Shown: one piece after another, positions 41,174 through 49,162 of the stretch
Layout: the number at the start of each line of letters is the position of its first letter
Position numbering within the stretch: position 1 is the first letter of the stretch
Source of the DNA: a virus
Virus record (IMG/VR): IMGVR_UViG_3300009788_000087
Direction: 5' to 3' (one strand)
DNA length: 64,000 nt
Translations under genes and position numbers: made by a program
Notes under the pieces: generated by a model
What the model saw: only the letters and a program-made list of their open reading frames with translations
The model's database searches: none
Told to the model about the DNA's origin: nothing

Positions 41174-41934
41174 TTTTCATATTCCCTTAAACACATGTCA
41201 TCTTTTACAAGACATTTCTTTAACTTACCCTTTTTAGCGAGTTTTCTATAATAATCAGAGTTCACCATTACATAGTTTTCATCTCTTTGCTCGAGAAGAA
41301 TTTTGTAGATATACATCACGCTCAGCCAGTGTCTTTTACTATTCCAGTTGTAGTGTCGCATCCACCAATGAGACTTTAAAATATTTATAAGTCGTATCTG
41401 ATCGTTTTGAGTTTGATACTTATCAGGGACTAGGGCAACAGACCTACAATCCCTACAAACCCTACAGTCTTTTAAAAGATCTAGTATATTAAATATAAAG
41501 AGATTAGATCTAGAGAGTTTATTACTACAGTCTATAAAAGAATGCAAGAATCTATCATCTCCATGTTTCTTCAGACAAGCTTTTTTCCAAAAAGACATTT
41601 CTTTAAACCCAGCATAAATGTTCCCTTTAATCGTTCTTAAATACTTACGACGCTTAGGATCACAGAGTCGTCTTCTCCATTTCATGTGGATTTGGTCTAG
41701 ATCACGACAGTTAAACTGCATCAAACCAATATCGACTGAGCCGTTCTTATTCGTATGCAGTTTTCTTGGCTTGAAATTAGTTTCATGTCTCATGATAGCG
41801 ACACCAATAAGTGGATCGATATCACGCCTCTCAGACTCAATGCAGATAGGTTCTGCGTACTTCTCAGCCTTATCCTCACTCCATGTAGGATTGAGAGCCA
41901 TAAGAGCAGTAAGTACGACTTCGAGACAACTCAT
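41146..41934 (-). CDS. lytic transglycosylase (SLT)-like secreted protein with insertion
   Basis: Signal-like N-terminus; AIMRHETNF (catalytic E), DIGLMQFN, C-terminal HYN. Confidence 0.65.
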   Translation of the reverse strand: MSCLEVVLTALMALNPTWSEDKAEKYAEPICIESERRDIDPLIGVAIMRHETNFKPRKLHTNKNGSVDIGLMQFNCRDLDQIHMKWRRRLCDPKRRKYLRTIKGNIYAGFKEMSFWKKACLKKHGDDRFLHSFIDCSNKLSRSNLFIFNILDLLKDCRVCRDCRSVALVPDKYQTQNDQIRLINILKSHWWMRHYNWNSKRHWLSVMYIYKILLEQRDENYVMVNSDYYRKLAKKGKLKKCLVKDDMCLREYEKWQKRRKQK

Positions 41935-41986
41935 TGAAGATCCTTAAATAGGGTTTCATTGAATAGTGAATGCAATGTAAATAGTG

Positions 41987-42538
41987 TCATCTACTTGATC
42001 GTTTTCCATGATTATCTGGAGCATCATATCCGCGCTTTTTCATGATCTCCGCCACTTCATCCATTGAAACAGGACAAAAAGTATTGCTATCTACTCCGAC
42101 ATCTAACCTCTTGATATCCTTAAAACCAAGTGTTCCGTGACTGTGGCCATGAAGATGCCATGATCCATGGTGAGACTTATTCCAGACTTCAAAAGCATAG
42201 TGGCTCAAGACAATCTTCACTTTATCTGGACCCCGCAATTCATGGTAATCCTTGATCCATTCAAAGTGCTTTTGAGCTTCTAGACTCTTGAGCACTTTAT
42301 CGTGGTTACCTCGAATCAATCTAATTGTCCCATTCAGTTGATTGACAATCCGTGCTAGGTCTTTTCGACCACCAAAGACAAAATCACCTAGATGGTAGAC
42401 TGTATCTCCTGGTTTTACATGTAAATTCCAACGCGTAATAAATGCACGTTCCATGTGTTCTATGGAATCAAAAGGCCGATCACAGAACTTAATGATGTTC
42501 TTGTGACCGTAGTGTGTATCTGATGTAAAGTGTATCAT
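41987..42538 (-). CDS. calcineurin-like metallophosphoesterase
   Basis: SDTHYGH, HLGD, GNHD, HGHSH, DVGVD. Confidence 0.9.
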   Translation of the reverse strand: MIHFTSDTHYGHKNIIKFCDRPFDSIEHMERAFITRWNLHVKPGDTVYHLGDFVFGGRKDLARIVNQLNGTIRLIRGNHDKVLKSLEAQKHFEWIKDYHELRGPDKVKIVLSHYAFEVWNKSHHGSWHLHGHSHGTLGFKDIKRLDVGVDSNTFCPVSMDEVAEIMKKRGYDAPDNHGKRSSR

Positions 42539-42539
42539 G

Positions 42540-42746
42540 TCATTTTGGATGAGTACATATACGTATCCCTATTTTTATGGTAGCTACTATCGCAACTATA
42601 CCCAATATCAATACTAATCCACCCCAAAGTGGAGCAGTTACCCACCACCAAGACCAATCGATATGATCTGTTAGTTTAAGCACTAGAAAAATGATAAATA
42701 CAACAGTACCTAAACTTACGCCACCTGAACTTGTTGATTCTGCCAT
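42540..42746 (-). CDS. small two-TM membrane protein
   Basis: LVLKLTDHIDWSWWWVTAPLW, a common phage membrane family. Confidence 0.75.
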   Translation of the reverse strand: MAESTSSGGVSLGTVVFIIFLVLKLTDHIDWSWWWVTAPLWGGLVLILGIVAIVATIKIGIRICTHPK

Positions 42747-42770
42747 TTCCTTTCCTTTCTTTTCTTAAGT

Positions 42771-42845
42771 TGGAGAGCAATCCCGGGATCGAACCGGGGC
42801 ATCTGAGGGTTGCAACCTCAAGCCTTTCCGCTTGGCTAATCGCTC
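42771..42845 (-). tRNA. trnC: tRNA-Cys(GCA)
   Basis: Cloverleaf, loop TTGCAAC, U73, CCA encoded. Confidence 0.9.
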
Positions 42846-42849
42846 GTAG

Positions 42850-42925
42850 AGGGCCGTGTGAGAATCGAACTCACCTATCACGGATTAACAGTCCGCCGCA
42901 ATCAAACCAGACATGCCAACGACCC
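42850..42925 (-). tRNA. trnN: tRNA-Asn(GTT), copy 1
   Basis: Loop CTGTTAA, T-loop TTCGATT; U73, no CCA. Confidence 0.8.
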
Positions 42926-42934
42926 TAAAATTTG

Positions 42935-43009
42935 CTCCAGGAGAAGGAGTCGAACCTTCAAGTCAAGCGCTTAACAGGCGCCCGGCATTACCAATTTGCC
43001 TACCCTGGA
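42935..43009 (-). tRNA. trnN: tRNA-Asn(GTT), copy 2
   Basis: Loop CTGTTAA, G73. Confidence 0.9.
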
Positions 43010-43010
43010 A

Positions 43011-43085
43011 TGGAGCTCCTACGCAGAATCGAACTGCGAGTTTGGCATTACGAAAGCCATGTGTTACCATTAACACCATAAGAGC
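43011..43085 (-). tRNA. trnT: tRNA-Thr(CGT)
   Basis: Loop TTCGTAA, CCA encoded. Confidence 0.85.
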
Positions 43086-43126
43086 AATTATATCATATCT
43101 AGTGTGTTAGTACACTAAATAAAGAG

Positions 43127-43210
43127 AGGAAGATGAGTGAGTCGAACACTCTTCACCTTTCAGCGGCCTGGGATTAGCAATCCCGCACATTACCGTTCTG
43201 TCAATCTTCC
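43127..43210 (-). tRNA. trnS: tRNA-Ser(GCT)
   Basis: Loop TTGCTAA, long variable arm; U73. Confidence 0.85.
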
Positions 43211-43214
43211 ATAG

Positions 43215-43289
43215 ATGCGGCCCAGGGACTTGCGCCCTGTAAGTTTCACAAGGTTATGAGCCTCGCAGCGTCTGTTTGCACTAGCCGCA
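43215..43289 (-). tRNA. trnM: tRNA-Met(CAT), initiator-like, non-canonical T-loop
   Basis: CGAGG-CTCATAA-CCTTG arm; T-loop CGCAAGT. Confidence 0.65.
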
Positions 43290-43294
43290 ATAAA

Positions 43295-43516
43295 TTACCA
43301 TCCAAATATATCGTGATCCAAGTAATCAAGTTCTTCATCAATATCTGGATAATCTCCAATTATATCACAAACTTGCTTGTTATATTCTTTAACTGTCATT
43401 GTTCTTTTACACTTTGGATATATTGAACATCCGTAGAAAGAATTTAAATTCTTTCTGTTGTGTCTCAGGACAACTCCATTTCCACATTTCTGACACTTTA
43501 CTTCTTCAATCTTCAA
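43295..43516 (-). CDS. topoisomerase C4 zinc-finger-like small protein
   Basis: CQKCG...FYGCSIYPKC. Confidence 0.8.
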   Translation of the reverse strand: MKIEEVKCQKCGNGVVLRHNRKNLNSFYGCSIYPKCKRTMTVKEYNKQVCDIIGDYPDIDEELDYLDHDIFGW

Positions 43517-44208
43517 TATCTCTCAATCAACTTTCTTGTATGTTCAGGTCCTTTTACTTGGTGGACATGATGTTGTATACTCCCTTTCATCTTTATAGCA
43601 AGTGGATAATCATTTCCACCCTTGCCACACTTATCTCCGAAGAAATGAACTTCGCCAAACAGATCATCTAATATCTGTGACTTATCTTTTCCAATCGGAT
43701 GAACGTCAATGCTAATTTCACCACCGACTGAGGCATCAAGCGTGTATCTGTGAATTCTCTTTATGACTTTGCACCAGTGTTCACGCTCTTTATTGGTAGC
43801 GTCCCAAGCTACGTAGTCTTCACGTTGTTTCGTCGTTGCATTTCTTCCAACCGTTGAGACATTTACCATCCCTGTTCGAACTTCAACGTGGTTTCCGTGT
43901 CTTTCAGGATATTTTGATTTATTGACAATGTCATTGAATAAAGCCATCATGGAGTCAGATGCTTCCCATTTATTCTCGTAAACAAGTTTTCCTTGAGTCC
44001 AGACTTCATTACCGCATGTTTGATGAACTGCGGTCACACCTTCCCAGATTTTTTGACCAACTTGACTTATCGTCTTGTCTTTATCACTTCCGGTTAGAAG
44101 ATAAACTTGTTTGTCTTTCATCCATTCAAGGAAAAATTCCTTAAACTCTTTTGACATCTTGCTCCGCGGAGGAGTGAGAGTGCCATCTACATCAAATACA
44201 AAATTCAT
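43513..44208 (-). CDS. phosphomannomutase, HAD-IIB (eukaryotic PMM-like)
   Basis: FDVDGTLT, TGSD, EVRTGMVN, GGEISIDV, DKSQ, FFGDKCGKGGNDYP. Confidence 0.85.
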   Translation of the reverse strand: MNFVFDVDGTLTPPRSKMSKEFKEFFLEWMKDKQVYLLTGSDKDKTISQVGQKIWEGVTAVHQTCGNEVWTQGKLVYENKWEASDSMMALFNDIVNKSKYPERHGNHVEVRTGMVNVSTVGRNATTKQREDYVAWDATNKEREHWCKVIKRIHRYTLDASVGGEISIDVHPIGKDKSQILDDLFGEVHFFGDKCGKGGNDYPLAIKMKGSIQHHVHQVKGPEHTRKLIERY

Positions 44209-44444
44209 GGTTTGACTTTAAGTATGTGTTTCCCATTCAGATGAACTGCCCAGTAGTATGGCACTGAAAAACAAGATCCAGAAACTATACGATAGAATGA
44301 CTTTAATTCGATCCACTTCTCTGCAGCTTTTCGTTTATTCTTGAAATAATGAATTCCACCGAATACACATTCTGGGATTTTATCAACTGGTGCTCCAATC
44401 TTATTCCAAAGATCACAGTCACAATCACATGTAATCACTGACAT
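44205..44444 (-). CDS. hypothetical protein
   Basis: ORF track; ATGA coupling. Confidence 0.6.
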   Translation of the reverse strand: MSVITCDCDCDLWNKIGAPVDKIPECVFGGIHYFKNKRKAAEKWIELKSFYRIVSGSCFSVPYYWAVHLNGKHILKVKP

Positions 44445-44445
44445 T

Positions 44446-44519
44446 TGGAGCCTAGAGAGAGAATCGAACTCTCATATTCGCTATACCACAACGATATTCT
44501 ACCATTGAATCATCCAGGC
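44446..44519 (-). tRNA. trnT: tRNA-Thr(GGT)
   Basis: Loop GTGGTAT (G32/U38), CCA encoded. Confidence 0.85.
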
Positions 44520-44716
44520 ATTTCATAGTCATCGTACCACACATGCTCCATCGGTGTAACATTGTACAGATTATTCCATGAGATAAATTCTAAAACTTTT
44601 TCTTTGGATTCGAAGACCAGTAATCGATCGCTCATGAAACTTACAAGCTTGAGTTCTTCATGACATCTTCCGATGCCAAGGTGACAAAATTTATGTTCAG
44701 CTATCCAACCTACCAT
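44510..44716 (-). CDS. hypothetical protein
   Basis: Lies between two tRNA-Thr genes; its last codons overlap the tRNA 5' end. Confidence 0.5.
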   Translation of the reverse strand: MVGWIAEHKFCHLGIGRCHEELKLVSFMSDRLLVFESKEKVLEFISWNNLYNVTPMEHVWYDDYEMPG

Positions 44717-44717
44717 T

Positions 44718-44791
44718 TGGAGCCCTCACCCAGAATCGAACTGAGATATATGGTTTACAAAACCATGGTTCTGCCATTGAACTATAAGGGC
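44718..44791 (-). tRNA. trnT: tRNA-Thr(TGT)
   Basis: Loop TTTGTAA, CCA encoded. Confidence 0.9.
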
Positions 44792-44885
44792 AATTCAGAG
44801 TCCCTCTCGACTCTCGGGGTGTAACCCCATGGGTGTCTCACTTGAGTGTCTCTGAGTGGAGCTGGTGGGACGAGAGAGGATGCTA
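44792..44885. repeat. GC-rich CTC/GAG element, copy 1
   Basis: Shares CCAGCTCCACTC-N53-CTCTGAATT with 63636-63726, in inverted orientation. Confidence 0.5.
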
Positions 44886-44895
44886 GAGTGTATAT

Positions 44896-44969
44896 TGGAG
44901 CGCCTGGTGGGAATCGAACCCACATCGCCAGGGTGGAAACCTAGAATTCTGCCTTTATACCACAAGCGC
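44896..44969 (-). tRNA. trnG: tRNA-Gly(TCC)
   Basis: Loop TTTCCAC, U73, CCA. Confidence 0.9.
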
Positions 44970-44975
44970 TTAGTT

Positions 44976-45060
44976 GAGACATGGTTGTGGTTACTTCGTC
45001 TAGCTCTTTGTTCTGGCATCGCTAGATCCCACGCTACGCCGCCAAAGCTCGCCATGTCTC
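44976..45060 (-). ncRNA. end-paired structured RNA, family X copy 1
   Basis: GAGACATGG/CCATGTCTC terminal stem; AGCTAG-N3-AAGT-N4-ACAAC motif. Confidence 0.5.
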
Positions 45061-45133
45061 GGTGCGGACATAGGGAATCGAACCCTAATCTCAACGTTGG
45101 CAACGTCGAATAATACCACTATACCATATCCGC
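45061..45133 (-). tRNA. trnG: tRNA-Gly(GCC)
   Basis: Loop TTGCCAA; A73. Confidence 0.9.
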
Positions 45134-45184
45134 ATTAGTCCGAGTTTTTTATATTTGGCAGAACCCGAAGAGAACAAAACTGCC

Positions 45185-45259
45185 GGTCGGGGAGAGCGGA
45201 TTCGAACCGCTGACCTCTCGTGTCCAAGACGAGTTGTCTGACCACTGACTTACACCCCG
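45185..45259 (-). tRNA. trnP: tRNA-Pro(TGG)
   Basis: C1-G72, loop CTTGGAC. Confidence 0.9.
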
Positions 45260-45318
45260 TAGTGGGGAGATTGTTCTTTTATATAGCGTCGGAACCTCCC
45301 GAACAACGCTAAGCTAAG

Positions 45319-45528
45319 CTAAACTCCCATTAAGATAGAAACTGCTACTTCATCCCTTGGAAAGATATTTGATCTCAACACAGCGACTCTTTCCACAAAA
45401 TCGCTGGCAAAAGGTATATCAACTTTGCATAAGTTGTCGTCATCTGGGCCAGTCACAATTTTAACATCGTAAGTCTCTCCACAGACGATAGCTTCAGCGT
45501 TACATTCAAATACTTCAATGCTACTCAT
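45319..45528 (-). CDS. hypothetical protein
   Basis: GAGG RBS; ORF track. Confidence 0.6.
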   Translation of the reverse strand: MSSIEVFECNAEAIVCGETYDVKIVTGPDDDNLCKVDIPFASDFVERVAVLRSNIFPRDEVAVSILMGV

Positions 45529-45562
45529 TTGCTTTTCCTCTCAGCTTATGTTATACCAGCGC

Positions 45563-45637
45563 GGTTGGCGAAGTAGGATTTGAACCTACAACCTTTCGGG
45601 TCAGAGCCGACTGCACCGCCAATTGTGCTACTCGCCA
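45563..45637 (-). tRNA. trnQ: tRNA-Gln(CTG)
   Basis: U1-A72, loop CTCTGAC. Confidence 0.9.
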
Positions 45638-46299
45638 TTGTATTGCTTTCTTCCAATCTTCCATCCTTGAGAAAGATAAACCTCTATTTCTTCTTTCATA
45701 ATTCTTTTGGATTGTCTTAATCTTTCATTAAAGATCCATTTTGATCCAAAAGATCCATTCTTGTCGCCCATATGTTTTCCAACTGCAGACTGTCTCATTT
45801 TTTCAATTGTTTCTGGCTCATGTTTCTTACCTAACCAATTTTGATTATTTAAAAGTTTTTTTCTTTGAGCTTCACTTGTTCGACCTTTTTCAAGGTTTTT
45901 AAACATTTTTTCTTTTTGAATAATCCAAACTTGACGATTTGCTTCTCTTGTTTTTCCATTCTTCCATCCCATAGCAGATATTCGACTTGCTTCTTCACTA
46001 TCAAATCCGCTCCCGCCTTTTCTGAGATTCATGCACAGTTTATCGTCGATCAAATCTTCTGTTATGATCTGTATTTCTTGTTTTTTAAGACTTTCTCGAT
46101 CTGAAAAAAATTCTACAATTTCTCGAACATGATTCTCTTTTCCATATTTCTTAATTGAATACCAAAGTCTTTTTCCTGATCCTAGATAACCATCTTCGAG
46201 ATCATCTGTAGAATGCATTCCAATGTAATATCGATTCGTTATAGTACATGTTGTTTTATAAATGTAGTGGTATTTTCGTCTACCTGCTTGCTTTCTCAT
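45628..46299 (-). CDS. GIY-YIG (Seg-like) homing endonuclease
   Basis: YHYIYKT...RYYIGMH...GYLGSG...YGKENH...E...CMN; NUMOD-like KHEPETIEKMRQS; AT-rich. Confidence 0.9.
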   Translation of the reverse strand: MRKQAGRRKYHYIYKTTCTITNRYYIGMHSTDDLEDGYLGSGKRLWYSIKKYGKENHVREIVEFFSDRESLKKQEIQIITEDLIDDKLCMNLRKGGSGFDSEEASRISAMGWKNGKTREANRQVWIIQKEKMFKNLEKGRTSEAQRKKLLNNQNWLGKKHEPETIEKMRQSAVGKHMGDKNGSFGSKWIFNERLRQSKRIMKEEIEVYLSQGWKIGRKQYNGE

Positions 46300-46336
46300 G
46301 CATTAAGTATGCAAACATGGTAGATTTTTCTAAAAG

Positions 46337-46409
46337 TGACTCCGGAAGGATTTGAACCCTCGTAAACTTGATTAGGAATCAAGTGCCTGATCCTCTAGAC
46401 TACGGAGCC
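46337..46409 (-). tRNA. trnR: tRNA-Arg(CCT)
   Basis: Loop TTCCTAA. Confidence 0.9.
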
Positions 46410-46411
46410 AT

Positions 46412-46482
46412 TGGCGCCGAACCGGGGAATCAAACCCACGCTAGCAAGGTTTGGAATCTCGCCTAATCTCAGATTGCTCGAC
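46412..46482 (-). tRNA. trnW: tRNA-Trp(CCA) with truncated D-arm
   Basis: Loop TTCCAAA, G73, CCA; D region only AATCTGAGATTAGG. Confidence 0.75.
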
Positions 46483-46953
46483 TTATTTTCTAACGCTGAT
46501 CGCATAAATTCTCTTTTGATCTACCGTTATTGACTTTCTATCGTTCCACCACATATGTATGAGTTTCTTGTCATTCCATACGTGTGTGCCGTTCTCATAT
46601 AAGTTGACTTTGAAATTCGAGGAATCGAAGATAGCAATCCCAGAAGTTCCTAGACTGCCAATTGCGAGAATCCAATGCTCCCAATTCTCTACGGCTAATA
46701 TAACCGGCTGGCCGTTCGCCAGAGTCTCGTGGAGCCACTCTGTTGCTTTCTGCTTATCATCGAAGGAGTGCTGTTTCGGATGGAATCCCCAAGCTCTGAG
46801 AGCTTTCAAGATTCCTACTTCTGACGTTCCATAATCTTGGTGAGTTCCAGCACATGCTCTAATTTCGTGTTCTGCGACTCGCACTCCAAATACTCGGAAA
46901 GTATTTCTTACGACGGCAGCGCCGCAGGACCACTTCTTTTTCTGACGCTTCAC
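46483..46953 (-). CDS. peptidase C39-like cysteine protease
   Basis: QKKKWSCGAA, YGTS, EHWILAIG, IAIFDS. Start moved to the GTG at 46953 because the longer ORF runs through tRNA-Arg. Confidence 0.8.
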   Translation of the reverse strand: MKRQKKKWSCGAAVVRNTFRVFGVRVAEHEIRACAGTHQDYGTSEVGILKALRAWGFHPKQHSFDDKQKATEWLHETLANGQPVILAVENWEHWILAIGSLGTSGIAIFDSSNFKVNLYENGTHVWNDKKLIHMWWNDRKSITVDQKRIYAISVRK

Positions 46954-46967
46954 GATATAAGTATGAG

Positions 46968-47040
46968 TACCATCGAGAGGATTCGAACCCCCATAAACCG
47001 GAGTAGAAATCCGGCGCCTATCCTTTCGAGCCACGATGGC
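46968..47040 (-). tRNA. trnR: tRNA-Arg(TCT)
   Basis: Loop TTTCTAC. Confidence 0.9.
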
Positions 47041-47045
47041 AAAAC

Positions 47046-47336
47046 TTAGAAAGTTTTTGTTAATGCTTGTTCAAGAAGAGCAGGATCAACTTTGATAACT
47101 CGCTCTGGCCGCTGCAGCCCGCGCGCATATCCTAAACCGGTTTTATATGTCTTCGTTGCATATTGGTATTGCTTTTCAAGAGGTCGAACTGACATGTATG
47201 AGCGTTCCCAACGACTATCTTCTCTTAGAACCATCTTTGTAATTTTTGCAATTGTTGCAACTTTTGTAGAATATCCTTTTGCATAAACTACGACATCACC
47301 AATAGTCAAAACATTTCCAAATTGATCTTTAAACAT
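47046..47336 (-). CDS. hypothetical phage protein
   Basis: MFKDQFGNVLTIGDVVVY, an SH3/KOW-like start common in phage; AAGGA RBS. Confidence 0.7.
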   Translation of the reverse strand: MFKDQFGNVLTIGDVVVYAKGYSTKVATIAKITKMVLREDSRWERSYMSVRPLEKQYQYATKTYKTGLGYARGLQRPERVIKVDPALLEQALTKTF

Positions 47337-47355
47337 GATTTTCCTTTCAAAAAAT

Positions 47356-47432
47356 TGGTCCCCCCTCTAGGATTTGAACCTAGATCTCACGGGTTAAGAG
47401 CCCGGTATGTTGCACATTGCCACCAAGGAGGG
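47356..47432 (-). tRNA. trnK: tRNA-Lys(CTT)
   Basis: Loop CTCTTAA, CCA encoded. Confidence 0.85.
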
Positions 47433-47485
47433 ATATCCCGATGAGGATTTTAACCTCTCCTTCCCGTCGGGTCGGGAAAACTAAT

Positions 47486-48508
47486 CTAAGCTTTTACAGT
47501 TTCTACTTTCTTTTTCTCGGCCTTGAATGAAAGACCAAGAACATTACCACCAACGATTTCATAACGAAGACGTGCTTCGTCTTTATACTTCCTTGCCTGA
47601 GCGGTGATGGCGTTTACCAGGTCCCAACGACTCTTGAACGAGAGATCTTCACTAATTGCAGTCATCGTCTTTACAACAAAGGACTTAGGCAATTTCTTTT
47701 GTTTTTCAAGTTCTACGAGCCTGTCGAGAGCATCAGACGCAGTCATGCGATCTGTCTGTGCAGTTCTTACATTTTCATAACACTGCTTTGCATCATCACC
47801 AACTCGATTAGATACTGACTTGATGACAGCTTCATAATCGAAGATTGCGGACTTTTTGTTGTCCATGTAGAAATACGGTCGACCACCATACTGCGCAATC
47901 ATTCCATTCGTGCAGATCTGACGGTAAAGCAAGAGATTGATCTGCTCTTGGACATGTTCAACATCAGAGTTCAACAGATCCATGCCCATCATGATCGGTG
48001 AGCCATCAACTTCAATTCCAGTATCTGGCCAAATGAGGCGAGTGCGGAAGAACGCTGGATGATCACTAACTGACCACGGAGCATGTTCAATCTTTACATC
48101 GTCGTTGAAAATGCGTTTTACATTCTCCAACATAAGAGCATTGGCGCGGAATTTCTTTCCTTCAGCGATAACGCCACGAAGAGTGAACCTACCGTCGACA
48201 GGGTTCTGATGAATAATAGCTTGACCGATTGGATTTTGAAGCTGTTCACCGAACTCCCTGAGCGATTTATTGACAAGTGTTGAAGATGCTGTCCGGATGT
48301 AACCAGCAGGCAGCTTGATAAATCTTGCCAACGAAGTGACGCTAGCTTTCGTGAGAGAGAGACGCTTGTCATCCTCTGTCACAAGCATCCCGTGATCTTC
48401 ACTGTCTGTAAATGTTAGCTTTCCAACATCTACCGCTTGGGTAAAAATATTAGAATCATATTCTTGAAGTTTACTAAGTGCGCCATCGATATTTCCATAC
48501 TTTTGCAT
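47486..48508 (-). CDS. DUF932-like protein
   Basis: GMDLLNSD...LLYRQICTNGMI...RWDLVNAITAQAR. Confidence 0.65.
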   Translation of the reverse strand: MQKYGNIDGALSKLQEYDSNIFTQAVDVGKLTFTDSEDHGMLVTEDDKRLSLTKASVTSLARFIKLPAGYIRTASSTLVNKSLREFGEQLQNPIGQAIIHQNPVDGRFTLRGVIAEGKKFRANALMLENVKRIFNDDVKIEHAPWSVSDHPAFFRTRLIWPDTGIEVDGSPIMMGMDLLNSDVEHVQEQINLLLYRQICTNGMIAQYGGRPYFYMDNKKSAIFDYEAVIKSVSNRVGDDAKQCYENVRTAQTDRMTASDALDRLVELEKQKKLPKSFVVKTMTAISEDLSFKSRWDLVNAITAQARKYKDEARLRYEIVGGNVLGLSFKAEKKKVETVKA

Positions 48509-48541
48509 GTTTTCTCCGTTTCAATTGAGAGTGTGAATTAT

Positions 48542-48570
48542 ATAATACCACTCTCACACTCATATGTAAA
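48542..48570 (-). promoter_or_regulatory. sigma70-like promoter
   Basis: TTTACA-17 nt-TATTAT; spacer resembles the one at 53070-53098. Confidence 0.65.
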
Positions 48571-48585
48571 CAAAAGAAAGATTAG

Positions 48586-48658
48586 TCCCACCCTGTGGAC
48601 TCGAACCACAATCTCTCGGGCTTCAACCGAGCGCATTGACCATCTCTGCAAGAGTGGG
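48586..48658 (-). tRNA. trnF: tRNA-Phe(GAA)
   Basis: Loop TTGAAGC. Confidence 0.9.
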
Positions 48659-48662
48659 AAAT

Positions 48663-48736
48663 TGGTCGCACCGAAGGGATTTGAACCCTCGCCTTCCACA
48701 TTGACAGTGTGGTGCACTACCTTATGCTACGATGCG
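48663..48736 (-). tRNA. trnD: tRNA-Asp(GTC)
   Basis: Loop CTGTCAA; atypical A73; CCA. Confidence 0.85.
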
Positions 48737-48741
48737 AAATT

Positions 48742-48820
48742 TGCCCGTTGTTCGACTTTAGCTAGCTTATCTCACTTTGTAGAGAGCTGCAGTATACTGC
48801 TACTGGGTGACGGACGGGCA
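48742..48820 (-). ncRNA. end-paired structured RNA, family X copy 2
   Basis: TGCCCGT/ACGGGCA terminal stem; AGCTAG-N3-AAGT-N3-ACAAC motif. Confidence 0.5.
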
Positions 48821-48829
48821 CCCACTGTT

Positions 48830-48904
48830 TGGTGACGTGGACGAGAGTCGAACTCGCACAACCAAGATTGAAAGTCTCGGAGACTACCGTTATCCTACCA
48901 CGCC
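48830..48904 (-). tRNA. trnE: tRNA-Glu(TTC)
   Basis: Loop CTTTCAA, CCA. Confidence 0.85.
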
Positions 48905-48909
48905 GAAAT

Positions 48910-48987
48910 TGGTACCCCCGGAAGGATTCGAACCTTCACCGCACAGATTAAAAGTCTGGTATGCTGCACATTAAACACCACGGAGGC
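48910..48987 (-). tRNA. trnK: tRNA-Lys(TTT)
   Basis: Loop CTTTTAA, CCA. Confidence 0.9.
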
Positions 48988-48999
48988 AATAAAAATTAG

Positions 49000-49071
49000 T
49001 AGGCCAGAAGGGAATCGAACCCTAAATCACACGCTTATAAGGCATGCGCTCTACCATTGAGCTACTGGCCT
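49000..49071 (-). tRNA. trnI: tRNA-Ile(TAT)
   Basis: CATGC-CTTATAA-GCGTG; clean cloverleaf. Confidence 0.9.
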
Positions 49072-49081
49072 ATTTACTTTG

Positions 49082-49155
49082 TGGGCCCTCTAGGATTCGA
49101 ACCTAGGATGACTCGGTTATGAGCCGAGAGCTTTAGACCGCTAAGCTAAGGGCCC
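49082..49155 (-). tRNA. trnI: tRNA-Ile2(CAT), lysidine type likely
   Basis: GGGCCCT acceptor and CTCATAA loop resemble ileX-type tRNAs. Confidence 0.75.
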
Positions 49156-49162
49156 TGAGTAT

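Noticed and set aside
224-41947. Plus-strand ORFs such as 3606-4253, 6813-7358 and 15009-15713
   Set aside because: Antisense shadows of well-supported minus-strand genes.
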